From positions 1 through 43,320 of the IMG/VR virus record IMGVR_UViG_3300037467_001254: a stretch of 43,320 nucleotides of DNA. One strand, given 5' to 3'. Source of the DNA: a virus. The number at the start of each line of letters is the position of its first letter. Positions within the stretch are counted from its first letter, which is position 1. Positions 14,581 to 22,349 of this stretch are shown here, piece by piece. Position numbers and translations under genes: made by a program. Below the pieces are notes generated by a model. That model was not told the origin of the DNA. It saw only the letters and a list, made by a program, of their open reading frames with translations, and searched no databases.

Positions 14581-15285
14581 TCAAGCTGCTCCACCCATTA
14601 CAACGAAGTGCACCGAGTGCACATTCTCATGAGGGAACGTCAATCTCTTGGGTGGGTTGTACTGCTCAAGCACAAGTTCCTCGGCGTTGTGCCGAACGAA
14701 CCTCTTTATGTAAGCTAGGCGAGTATCGCTCTCGTCCATGATGATTTGGGCGACCACGAAGTCCCCCTTTGTCACGCGCCTGGTTGGGTCTACAAAAACG
14801 ACCTCGCCGTCAAAATAGCGAGGCTCCATCGACTCGCCGGACACCTGCACTGCGTACGCTCCGGAAACTGGCGATAGCGAAGGTGGAGCCATCACCTCAT
14901 ACAGTATACTACCGTTCAACACGAATTCCCCGTCTATGCCGCCTACAGCGCTACCATACACAGGGATCATGTTTCCGCTAGTAACAATTGGTGAGCCGAC
15001 TATCGCGTTCGGGGCTGGTGGAGCAAAATTGAATTCTGGACCTGCCAGTTCCCAAATTTCTGGGCGCGAAATCGGCGGGCTTCCTTTCCCTAGCAGAGCC
15101 TTCTCGATCTTCGTCACGAAATCCCTCTTAAGGTACCCTGCCTTCAGTTTGTCGGGGTCAAAATAACGCTGAATGCTGGATGCGTCCGCGTAGCCCATGG
15201 CACGCGCCATGTCCGCCATGGTCAGCCCAGATCGTTCACGCAAACTGCGCATGCGACCGGCGATTGATTCCGGTGAATTATCCAT
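14581..15285 (-). CDS. cI: CI-type repressor: N-terminal XRE HTH plus C-terminal S24 (LexA-like) peptidase
   Basis: HTH region RMRSLRERSGLTMADMARAMGY. Peptidase motifs GESMEP and AYIKRF. Start placed at MDNSPES because the longer ORF (to 15402) would cover the operators and the cro start. No SD is present, so the mRNA is near-leaderless. Confidence 0.85.
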   Translation of the reverse strand: MDNSPESIAGRMRSLRERSGLTMADMARAMGYADASSIQRYFDPDKLKAGYLKRDFVTKIEKALLGKGSPPISRPEIWELAGPEFNFAPPAPNAIVGSPIVTSGNMIPVYGSAVGGIDGEFVLNGSILYEVMAPPSLSPVSGAYAVQVSGESMEPRYFDGEVVFVDPTRRVTKGDFVVAQIIMDESDTRLAYIKRFVRHNAEELVLEQYNPPKRLTFPHENVHSVHFVVMGGAA

Positions 15286-15323
15286 GTGGCGCACAAGACC
15301 ATCTGTCACGTACGTTTTCCACG

Positions 15324-15353
15324 TTGACAAGCAATACGCATAATGCGTATAAC
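15324..15353 (+). promoter_or_regulatory. Rightward early promoter (PR-like) with palindromic operator
   Basis: TTGACA (15324..15329)-17 nt-GTATAA. A perfect 17-bp palindrome ATACGCATAATGCGTAT sits at 15334..15350. A degenerate site is at 15310..15326. A divergent TTGCTTGT -35-like element (minus strand, 15327..15334) is shared with PL. Confidence 0.65.
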
Positions 15354-15383
15354 GAGAGAAAGAGAGATTACCGGAAGACCCAA

Positions 15384-15623
15384 ATGCTTGTTTCTCCAGC
15401 ACACTATGTCATCGGAAAGCTTGGCGGACTTACCAAGACCGCTACCGCGCTCGGGATACCGGTAACGACAGTCCAGGGATGGAAGGATCGCAACCGCATC
15501 CCACAAGACCACTGGCAGAAATTGATCTCAGCGGCGAAGGGTGAAGGCTTCACTATCGTGCTGGCGGACTTCCTGCGCGACCATGAACTCGACGCCCCCT
15601 CCCGACAGGAGGAAGGCGTATGA
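15384..15623 (+). CDS. cro: Cro-like HTH regulator (YdaS-like, 79 aa)
   Basis: GKLGGLTKTATALGIPVTTVQGWKDRNRIP. First gene downstream of PR and divergent from cI. Confidence 0.75.
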   Translation: MLVSPAHYVIGKLGGLTKTATALGIPVTTVQGWKDRNRIPQDHWQKLISAAKGEGFTIVLADFLRDHELDAPSRQEEGV

Positions 15624-16381
15624 GCGGCGAGACGCACATTCCCGAGACAGTTTCTGCCGGCCAGTTGCGCGCCTTCATCGAGCGTATCGAACGGCTCGAA
15701 GAAGAAATCAAAACCGCGAATGGCGACAAGTCGGAAGTCTACAAGGAAGCGCGTGGATGCGGCTTCGACGTGAAGGCTATCCGCCAGTGTGTCGCGGCTC
15801 GCAAGCTGGACAGTGCTGAACGCGAGGAACGAAACGCAATTTTCGACCTCTACTGGTCTGCGCTGACTGGTTCCGTGCACGTGCACACGCCCGTACGAGA
15901 AATCATTGAACAATTTGACGCCGAAACCGGCGAAATCACAGAGGAACAGCCGGAAACGGTTGCTGACCAATCCACCACCAGCGAAGGAGAAAGCGATGCG
16001 AAGTCCGCACACGTTTCTGATCTTGAAGAAAATCTGATCGATCGCCGGCGCCAAGATGCAGCCGCAAGAGTGGAATGTCAGCCATTCAGTGATTTCCAGA
16101 ACGCGCCCACCGAGAGCGCCGCTGACACAATCTCGGCCCCTATCACCAATCCGCAAGCCGACTCCTCCCCGGACGCGGATAAGACCGGAGAGGTAGTTCC
16201 TCCTCCCGCCTCTCCGGTCGCCATTTCCGATGCAGATGTGCCCGCATTCCTCAAGAAGGGCAAAACCGTCAAGCCCGACTGCCTCAAGCTGAAAGACGGT
16301 CATTGCCGGATCGGCTTTGAAACGCCCGCACTGTGCTCGGATTGCAATAATGCGCGGATGAAGGCGAGGGCAGACGCATGA
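15620..16381 (+). CDS. GapR-like (DUF2312) domain protein with acidic linker and C-terminal 4-Cys motif
   Basis: QLRAFIERIERLEEEIKTANGDKSEVYKEARGCGFDVKAIRQCVAARK...AIFDLYWSAL matches Caulobacter GapR. C-terminus is CLKLKDGHC...CSDC. Confidence 0.75.
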   Translation: MSGETHIPETVSAGQLRAFIERIERLEEEIKTANGDKSEVYKEARGCGFDVKAIRQCVAARKLDSAEREERNAIFDLYWSALTGSVHVHTPVREIIEQFDAETGEITEEQPETVADQSTTSEGESDAKSAHVSDLEENLIDRRRQDAAARVECQPFSDFQNAPTESAADTISAPITNPQADSSPDADKTGEVVPPPASPVAISDADVPAFLKKGKTVKPDCLKLKDGHCRIGFETPALCSDCNNARMKARADA

Positions 16382-16581
16382 GCTACCTCGTCAAATATGC
16401 TGGTGCTGATCCTGTCCAACGCGGGAAGCCCTCGGCCTATGCCCTGTTTCTCATGGGGCTGGATACTGTTGAGATCGCTGAGAGGCTCGGTGTTCCCGAA
16501 GCTGTCGCATCCCGTCGCGTCTATGCTCAGCGTTGTCGTGAGAAGGGATTGCCGGTCGAGACGGAAAGATCGCCGTCATGA
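16378..16581 (+). CDS. Small HTH-like protein (67 aa)
   Basis: ATGA overlap. LDTVEIAERLGVPEAVASRRV. Confidence 0.6.
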   Translation: MSYLVKYAGADPVQRGKPSAYALFLMGLDTVEIAERLGVPEAVASRRVYAQRCREKGLPVETERSPS

Positions 16582-17087
16582 CGCCCATCATCATTGCAAG
16601 CGACCGGGCGAGGACGACGAGGACAGACATCCTCGCCCGGTCTAGCGTCCAGCGGCGGCAGACGCATTCGTACGAACACAAGGAGCGTAGCCTTTCTGGC
16701 CTCGCGATCTTCCCCACCAGTGATTTCGTCCTTGTCAGGACAGCCGGCGTCACTGGCCCCTTCGAAACTGAAACCAGGAATACCCTGCAAGCCCGGCTGT
16801 CCGTCCCCCAATCCCAATCCGCTGCTGTCACCTCCAGCAGCGCGATCCCGGCCATCTCCCCCGGCCGGTTGATTGCCGGTGCTCGCTGCGTTCTCGCGCG
16901 GCACCGGCCTTTTACCTTTCTTCGCAGATCGCGCGTCCAAGATTGCCGTCAAACGCCGCGCCGCTTCTGCGTCAGTTTCCATGTAGTTCCGTTTCCCTTC
17001 CACGCTTTGAAAAGTATCGAAGGACGAAGCGAATGGAACGAAAAACCGTTTCCAAATCCGACAAGAGTTTTGTCGAGGGTAAGATGA
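16578..17087 (+). CDS. Questionable ORF (169 aa, Arg/Ser/Thr-rich)
   Basis: ATGA overlaps at both ends. Third-position G+C is about 66-77% by hand count. However, the composition is odd and the ORF contains a perfect 13-bp inverted repeat. Confidence 0.4.
   Translation: MTPIIIASDRARTTRTDILARSSVQRRQTHSYEHKERSLSGLAIFPTSDFVLVRTAGVTGPFETETRNTLQARLSVPQSQSAAVTSSSAIPAISPGRLIAGARCVLARHRPFTFLRRSRVQDCRQTPRRFCVSFHVVPFPFHALKSIEGRSEWNEKPFPNPTRVLSRVR
16602..16642. repeat. Perfect 13-bp inverted repeat with a 15-nt loop
   Basis: GACCGGGCGAGGA-cgacgaggacagaca-TCCTCGCCCGGTC. Confidence 0.9.
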
Positions 17088-17455
17088 GTACCGAGGCGTT
17101 GATAGAGGCAAGAACGTTTCTTGAGGTTCTGCATGACGCGGAATTTCGAGGCCGGAAAGACACGGACGGGGCGGCCCGTTACCGCCTCGCAAACAGGCTT
17201 GGCGTGAAAGAGAACTACCTGTTCCGGCTCCAATACCGGGCAGCGGAAATGAAGGACGTGGCCGGGGAAGTCTATCGCCGGCTCAAACTCGCATATGAGG
17301 GACTTTGCGAGCGCAACGAAGCTGCCGCTATCGCCTACCGGGATCAGCGGCTGAAATTAAGGACGGGTCATGCGGTTGATACGGAGCCTGTTTCGGCGGG
17401 CGTGGGAACGACTACGCCTCGCCGTCGAGCGGGCAATCAGAAAGATGAAAGGTGA
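17084..17455 (+). CDS. Hypothetical protein (123 aa)
   Basis: The ATG at 17084 overlaps the upstream stop (ATGA). The ORF-track entry starts earlier, at 16943. Confidence 0.6.
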   Translation: MSTEALIEARTFLEVLHDAEFRGRKDTDGAARYRLANRLGVKENYLFRLQYRAAEMKDVAGEVYRRLKLAYEGLCERNEAAAIAYRDQRLKLRTGHAVDTEPVSAGVGTTTPRRRAGNQKDER

Positions 17456-17462
17456 CTGACAG

Positions 17463-17888
17463 ATGAAGATTGTGAGCAAAGCTACTATTGCCGCAGCGCT
17501 GGTAGGATCGACTCTGCTTATAGCTGGATGCACTGACGCGGACATTGCGTCCAGTAACCTCTCCAAGGCCGCCGACCAATTCGAGATAAACCGGCGCGTT
17601 GTCTTCTACAACGGAATCACCGGGGCATACATCCTGTCCATCGAGGGGCTGTGCTCTCTCGGCAACTTCGACAAAGGCGGGGAACTGTCCGTCACCTGCA
17701 AGACCGGGCCGCACGCATACAAGAAGCATTTTCTCGGCCTGTCTGACAACGTGACGTTCTTCGCTGAACAGATCGATGTGGCGGATGTCAGCGCCTACCA
17801 CTACCGCGTAATCTTCAAGCCTCAAACGATCCTCCCCGACGTTGATTTTGTCGGCTCTGCCTCCGAACTGACGACAAACCGGAACTGA
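17463..17888 (+). CDS. Lipoprotein (141 aa)
   Basis: Signal peptide with lipobox LIAGC. Four further Cys residues. Confidence 0.7.
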   Translation: MKIVSKATIAAALVGSTLLIAGCTDADIASSNLSKAADQFEINRRVVFYNGITGAYILSIEGLCSLGNFDKGGELSVTCKTGPHAYKKHFLGLSDNVTFFAEQIDVADVSAYHYRVIFKPQTILPDVDFVGSASELTTNRN

Positions 17889-17898
17889 GGCGGGTCTG

Positions 17899-18024
17899 AT
17901 GGACTATCTCCCCGAAGATCAGCCGTTCTGGAACAGCGATCCCGACGACCGTTTCCCTGCCTGGCTTATCTCTCTTATCGCTGCCGCCATCATATGCGGC
18001 GCTGTGATGTGGTGGGTGGTGTGA
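17899..18024 (+). CDS. Small membrane protein (41 aa), below the ORF-track cutoff
   Basis: Sequence MDYLPEDQPFWNSDPDDRFPAWLISLIAAAIICGAVMWWVV. The stop overlaps the methyltransferase ATG. Confidence 0.5.
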   Translation: MDYLPEDQPFWNSDPDDRFPAWLISLIAAAIICGAVMWWVV

Positions 18025-18881
18025 TGATGGCTGATTACGACGCCGCCAAAGACTCCCATGACAGCTACTTCGATGCGATTGAGGCCAAGAGGTTGCGCGG
18101 CGATCACATCATCCGTCGCCGCGAGGTGATTGGCGATTGCACGTTGCTGCTGGGTGATTGCCTCGAAATCCTGCCGACGCTGGGCGCAGTCGACCATATC
18201 ATCTCCGATCCGCCGTATGAGGACGAACTGCATAAAGCTATGGGCCGCATTCGCCGCAACGATGGCCGGGAGATGATTCAGGATCTTGGCTTTGACGGCA
18301 TCAATGCTTCCCGCGCCGAGATCGCCGCTGCCATCGTTGCAGCATCAAAGGGCTGGGCGCTTATCTTCACCCTTGCCGAAGGCGTGCGTGCCTGGCGTGA
18401 CGATTTGCAGGCGGTCGGGGCGAAATGGGATACCGTTCTCGTCTGGATCAAACCGGATGCATCGCCGCGTTTCAACGGGCAGGGCGCAGCGCGTGGATTT
18501 GAGAACTGCATCACGGTCTGGTGCGGGAAAGGCTACCGCTCATGGAATGGCGGTGGCAAGCGCGGCGTCTATTCCCATTGTGTAAATGTCGGGCGAGACG
18601 GGAGGCATCCGACGGAGAAGCCTGTCCCGCTGATGACCGATCTCGTCTCTGATTTTACCCAGCGCGGCCAGACCATCCTCGATCCTTTCATGGGTTCCGG
18701 CACGACCGGCATAGCCTGCATGAAACTGGGGCGTTGCTTCATCGGCATAGAACGCGACGAAGCACATTTCGAAACCGCCTGCGACCGCATTCGCAAGGCC
18801 TATGCCCAGCCGGATATGTTTGTCGCACCACGTGAGCCTGAGCCTGTTCAGCAGCCCTTATTTGCAGAGGGAGCCGCCTGA
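18024..18881 (+). CDS. DNA methyltransferase, N6-adenine/N4-cytosine beta class
   Basis: DPPY (motif IV) precedes HPTEKP and FMGSGTTG (motif I). No adjacent restriction endonuclease. Confidence 0.85.
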   Translation: MMADYDAAKDSHDSYFDAIEAKRLRGDHIIRRREVIGDCTLLLGDCLEILPTLGAVDHIISDPPYEDELHKAMGRIRRNDGREMIQDLGFDGINASRAEIAAAIVAASKGWALIFTLAEGVRAWRDDLQAVGAKWDTVLVWIKPDASPRFNGQGAARGFENCITVWCGKGYRSWNGGGKRGVYSHCVNVGRDGRHPTEKPVPLMTDLVSDFTQRGQTILDPFMGSGTTGIACMKLGRCFIGIERDEAHFETACDRIRKAYAQPDMFVAPREPEPVQQPLFAEGAA

Positions 18882-18882
18882 C

Positions 18883-19257
18883 ATGCCCGATACCATGACA
18901 GCGGCAGAGGCATGGGCGGTCGTTCTGCCGTGGCCCCACAAAGACCTGTCGCCTAACGCGCGTGTCCATTGGCGCGAAAAGCGACGTCGCCATCGCTCTT
19001 ATAGGCATACGTGTTCATGGGAATGCGTCGATCAGGGCATCCGCAAGATCGACGCGCAGGTCATCAAGGCCACCATAATCTTTTCCCCTCCAGACAGTCG
19101 CCGTCGCGATATCGATAACATGATTGCCAGCGTCAAGGCGGCGATTGACGCTGTGGCTGAGGCCATTGGCGTCGATGATAGCCGCTGGCAAATCGAGCCT
19201 CGCCGGGGAGTGCCTGTCAAGGGTGGCAACGTCCGTATCGTGCTGGAGGCAGCATGA
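18883..19257 (+). CDS. rusA: RusA-family Holliday junction resolvase
   Basis: SPNARVHW...RRRDIDNMIASVKAAIDAVAEAIGVDDSRW. Confidence 0.75.
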   Translation: MPDTMTAAEAWAVVLPWPHKDLSPNARVHWREKRRRHRSYRHTCSWECVDQGIRKIDAQVIKATIIFSPPDSRRRDIDNMIASVKAAIDAVAEAIGVDDSRWQIEPRRGVPVKGGNVRIVLEAA

Positions 19258-19820
19258 GCGAGCGTATTCCCTCCCTCGATATGGCCGACGCACACGTCAG
19301 CCGTTCTGGCCGATTAATAACGGCTAAACGCGAAATCCACGGGATGCGAAAGTCTCCCGAATACAGTTCATGGGTTGCGATGAAAACCCGGTGCCTGAAT
19401 CCGAACCATCGATCGTATCAGGATTATGGCGCGCTCGGCGTGACCATTTGCGCCGAGTGGATGCAGTCTTTCATGGCTTTCTACCGTGCCATGGGGCCGA
19501 GGCCGGGCCATAACTACTCGATTGATCGTATTGATAACCGGCGCGGATACGAACCAGGAAATTGCCGTTGGGCGACACCTAAAACTCAAAGTCGGAACCG
19601 CCGTCGCTGCTTTCTGATGGTAAATGGCGTGACGAAATCACTGCGGCAGTGGGCGTCTGAAGCTGGCATCGCGAAAGACACTATCCGTCTGAGGTTGGTG
19701 AATGGCGCTACGCCAGAGCAAGCGATCCTACCGCCGACGCCGCGCGGGCAACGCAACAAGAAATTATTCGAATACCGCGCGTCCGCTGAGCGGGCAGGCA
19801 TTACGCGGGAGGCGTCGTGA
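19254..19820 (+). CDS. HNH-type endonuclease (HNH_3-like)
   Basis: SWVAMKTRCLNPNHRSYQDYG...SIDRIDNRRGYEPGNCRWATPKTQSRN. Confidence 0.7.
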   Translation: MSERIPSLDMADAHVSRSGRLITAKREIHGMRKSPEYSSWVAMKTRCLNPNHRSYQDYGALGVTICAEWMQSFMAFYRAMGPRPGHNYSIDRIDNRRGYEPGNCRWATPKTQSRNRRRCFLMVNGVTKSLRQWASEAGIAKDTIRLRLVNGATPEQAILPPTPRGQRNKKLFEYRASAERAGITREAS

Positions 19821-20341
19821 GCGTCGTCTGGTCAAAATTCTTTTGGCAGGATTGGGAGTCTGATCCTGCCGTCCGTCTCTGCTCCATGGCGGCGCAGGGA
19901 CTTTGGATGCGTATGCTCTGCATTGCGGCAGCGCACGACCCTATCGGCTACGTCGCGGTAGCAGGCAAGGGCCTTGATGAAACCTCGCTCGCTCGTTTGA
20001 CCGGGTGCCAGGAATCCGAGGTGCTTTCCCTGCTGGGCGAGCTAGACCGAAACGGCGTGTTCTCCCGTGATCGGCATGGGCGCATCTACTCTCGCCGTAT
20101 GGTCCGCGATGCGCGGAAGGCGGCAACCGCTCGGAATAACGGGCGGAAAGGCGGAAACCCAAGTCTTTCAAAAGACAACAGAAATCCGCCGTTGGATAAG
20201 GGGTCGGATAACCACCGACTTAACCCCCATAAGCCAGAAGCCAAGAGCCAGAATGAAAAAGCTAAAGCTTTTTCTAGGCGCGCCAGCGCGCAGAAAAAAT
20301 CTTGGGAACATGAAATCGATGAGGTGGTCGCCAATGGGTGA
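19817..20341 (+). CDS. DUF1376-family protein (replication-module associated)
   Basis: N-terminal WSKFFWQDWESDPAVRLCSMAAQGLWMRMLCIAA pattern. Confidence 0.65.
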   Translation: MSVVWSKFFWQDWESDPAVRLCSMAAQGLWMRMLCIAAAHDPIGYVAVAGKGLDETSLARLTGCQESEVLSLLGELDRNGVFSRDRHGRIYSRRMVRDARKAATARNNGRKGGNPSLSKDNRNPPLDKGSDNHRLNPHKPEAKSQNEKAKAFSRRASAQKKSWEHEIDEVVANG

Positions 20342-20963
20342 CGTTGTGCAGGTGGACAAATTTTCTCGGCTTCCAGAGCGATACCAGCGCCGAGCGCGGG
20401 AGATTGCCAGCCGAGTTTCGGAGATCGACGCCCTCTGCTCCCCAGCAACCTCAGAGGCTATCGGTTCGGAGTTGAAGCGGATGCGCCGGCAGTTGCTTCC
20501 GCAGCCTGGTATCGAGGATGCTGACATGGCGAAGGGATATCTCGACGCCTGCCGAGACTTGCCCGAATGGGCGCTGGCGGAAGCAGCCAACGACTATCTC
20601 GGCGGGAAGGTTGACAACCACACAGGGCGGTACATGCCGCTTTGCGCAGAGTTTGCTAAGCGGGCGCGATCAATCCTGATGCCATTCCTCGCTGAGCGGG
20701 CTGGGTTGCGGACCGAGGCTTCAAAGCTGGTGGAACGTGCCACAGACGAGGCGCGCCGTGACCGGATTGCCGTCGAGAAATCGGACCCTGCCGTAAAAGC
20801 GAGAGTGGCGACGCTGGTCGAGAAAGTCACCAAGGGCGCGGCCAAGAAGCTGTCTTTGACCCATACAGGGATTGACGATGACGCCCGCCGCCGCATGGAC
20901 GTGCTTCGTAAGCCCGTCCCTTTCAAATCGAAAATCGACCAGACCAAGATCGGCAGGAGTTGA
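20334..20963 (+). CDS. Hypothetical protein (209 aa), replication-module position
   Basis: Start at MGDVVQV, with an 8-nt overlap with the upstream gene. The longer ORF-track start at 20067 lies inside the upstream gene. Confidence 0.6.
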   Translation: MGDVVQVDKFSRLPERYQRRAREIASRVSEIDALCSPATSEAIGSELKRMRRQLLPQPGIEDADMAKGYLDACRDLPEWALAEAANDYLGGKVDNHTGRYMPLCAEFAKRARSILMPFLAERAGLRTEASKLVERATDEARRDRIAVEKSDPAVKARVATLVEKVTKGAAKKLSLTHTGIDDDARRRMDVLRKPVPFKSKIDQTKIGRS

Positions 20964-20966
20964 ACC

Positions 20967-21482
20967 ATGTACGCAGTGTCATGCAGAGCGACAGAAAGAG
21001 GCATCCAGGAGCGTTTGATGCTTCGCCGCCAAATCCCGGTTGTGCGTGAGGTTGCCCGGCCTATGGAGGATATTCGGCGCGAACGGCAGGAGGCCATACA
21101 GGCCCGTAAGCGCGCCGAAATGGCGGAATGGGTGAGGCAGCATGACGAACGGGTAAGGCAGCAGGCACAGGACCGGCTATGGCAGGAAACCCTCGCCAAA
21201 TACCGGACCATAGATGTTCGCAGCATCAAGACGCCCGCCACAGAGATCATCGAAAAGGTTGCGGCGTTCCACGGCCTGCCAACCGAAGCGCTGACGGGTA
21301 ACTCTCGGGAGAGGGTGATTATCGAAGCGAGGTTTGACGCCATCAAAGCGGTTGCTGACACGCGGCCGGACATGTCTCTGACGCAGATCGGGAAGATTTT
21401 CAACCGTGACCACACCAGCATCCTTCACGCGCTCAAGCAGCGCGGCGGCAGGACTGGGCGCGATTACGGGAGCCCGTCATGA
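20967..21482 (+). CDS. Protein with C-terminal DnaA domain IV-like HTH
   Basis: RERVIIEARFDAIKAVADTRPDMSLTQIGKIFNRDHTSILHALK resembles the DnaA C-terminal DNA-binding domain. Confidence 0.65.
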   Translation: MYAVSCRATERGIQERLMLRRQIPVVREVARPMEDIRRERQEAIQARKRAEMAEWVRQHDERVRQQAQDRLWQETLAKYRTIDVRSIKTPATEIIEKVAAFHGLPTEALTGNSRERVIIEARFDAIKAVADTRPDMSLTQIGKIFNRDHTSILHALKQRGGRTGRDYGSPS

Positions 21483-21700
21483 GCAAGGTAGAGGAAGTCG
21501 CGAAGGCGATACTGGCCAAGGTGCCAAACGGTTACGGCATGACGAACGACGAGGCGTTGGAATACGCCCGCGCAGCCATAGAGGCAATGCGGGAGCCTAC
21601 GGAAGCGATGTGCCTTGCGGCAAAAATCTGGTCTCCGTCATTGCGGGAGTCCTACCAGCAGATGATCGACGCCGCTCTCAGCGAACAGGAGCAGGGGTGA
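21479..21700 (+). CDS. Hypothetical protein (73 aa)
   Basis: ATGA overlap. Confidence 0.6.
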   Translation: MSKVEEVAKAILAKVPNGYGMTNDEALEYARAAIEAMREPTEAMCLAAKIWSPSLRESYQQMIDAALSEQEQG

Positions 21701-21870
21701 TGACGCCAGACGATTGGATAGCGCGTGACGGATATCAGTGGGAGTACGTCTGCCTGCTTGCTCATGAAATCGAAAAGCAAAAGCGGAGGACCAAACAGTG
21801 GGCCATACGATTCTCGCTCGGGTTGAACCTGGTCTTTCTTCCTCTTCTCATCTGGTTGTTTGGTTTCTGA
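21700..21870 (+). CDS. Small membrane protein (56 aa)
   Basis: The ATG shares its first base with the last base of the upstream TGA stop (21698..21700). C-terminal TM helix LGLNLVFLPLLIWLFGF. Confidence 0.5.
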   Translation: MTPDDWIARDGYQWEYVCLLAHEIEKQKRRTKQWAIRFSLGLNLVFLPLLIWLFGF

Positions 21871-21871
21871 C

Positions 21872-22144
21872 ATGACCCCCATCCCCGACGAGATAATGGA
21901 ACAGGCGAGGGAAGCTTGGAGCAATGCGTTCCACGTCGGTCCCGAAATCGAAACCATAGCCACCGCCCTTCTCGCCGCAGAAAAGCGCGGAGAGGAAAGG
22001 GAGATGGAGCGGTGCGCGAAAGTGGCCGCTGGGAACTCGGCGGATTTCGATTTCCAGAAGGCGTTGGCTGAATGCCGCGACAGTGAGCACGGCTTTCATT
22101 CGGGCCGGCTCCATGCCGCCGCCGCCATCCGCAGCGGAAAATGA
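21872..22144 (+). CDS. Hypothetical protein (90 aa)
   Basis: Start at MTPIPDE, just after the upstream stop. Confidence 0.6.
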   Translation: MTPIPDEIMEQAREAWSNAFHVGPEIETIATALLAAEKRGEEREMERCAKVAAGNSADFDFQKALAECRDSEHGFHSGRLHAAAAIRSGK

Positions 22145-22151
22145 GGACGGG

Positions 22152-22253
22152 ATGATGACGAGCGAGCACAAGGTTTGGGCGATTTTCTGGATATCCATGT
22201 TCGCGGCTTTGGCTGTCGGAAACATGGGCTGCATCGCCTTTTGCGGCAACTAA
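22152..22253 (+). CDS. Small membrane protein (33 aa), below the ORF-track cutoff
   Basis: Sequence MMTSEHKVWAIFWISMFAALAVGNMGCIAFCGN. Confidence 0.4.
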   Translation: MMTSEHKVWAIFWISMFAALAVGNMGCIAFCGN

Positions 22254-22349
22254 GGCAGGCAACGAGGTTTCGATCCTCGCCCGAGAAATTGGGCGACAGC
22301 GGCAGTCTAAATCACCCGGAGACATTTGCAATATGAAGCGAGGGCACGC

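Noticed and set aside
16451-17192. Minus-strand ORFs 16451..16855 and 16527..17192
   Set aside because: 16451..16855 shares wobble positions with the plus frame, so it is a shadow. Both run into the convergent 16378..16581 gene. The plus ORF has ATGA coupling. The coding status of the whole segment nevertheless remains uncertain.
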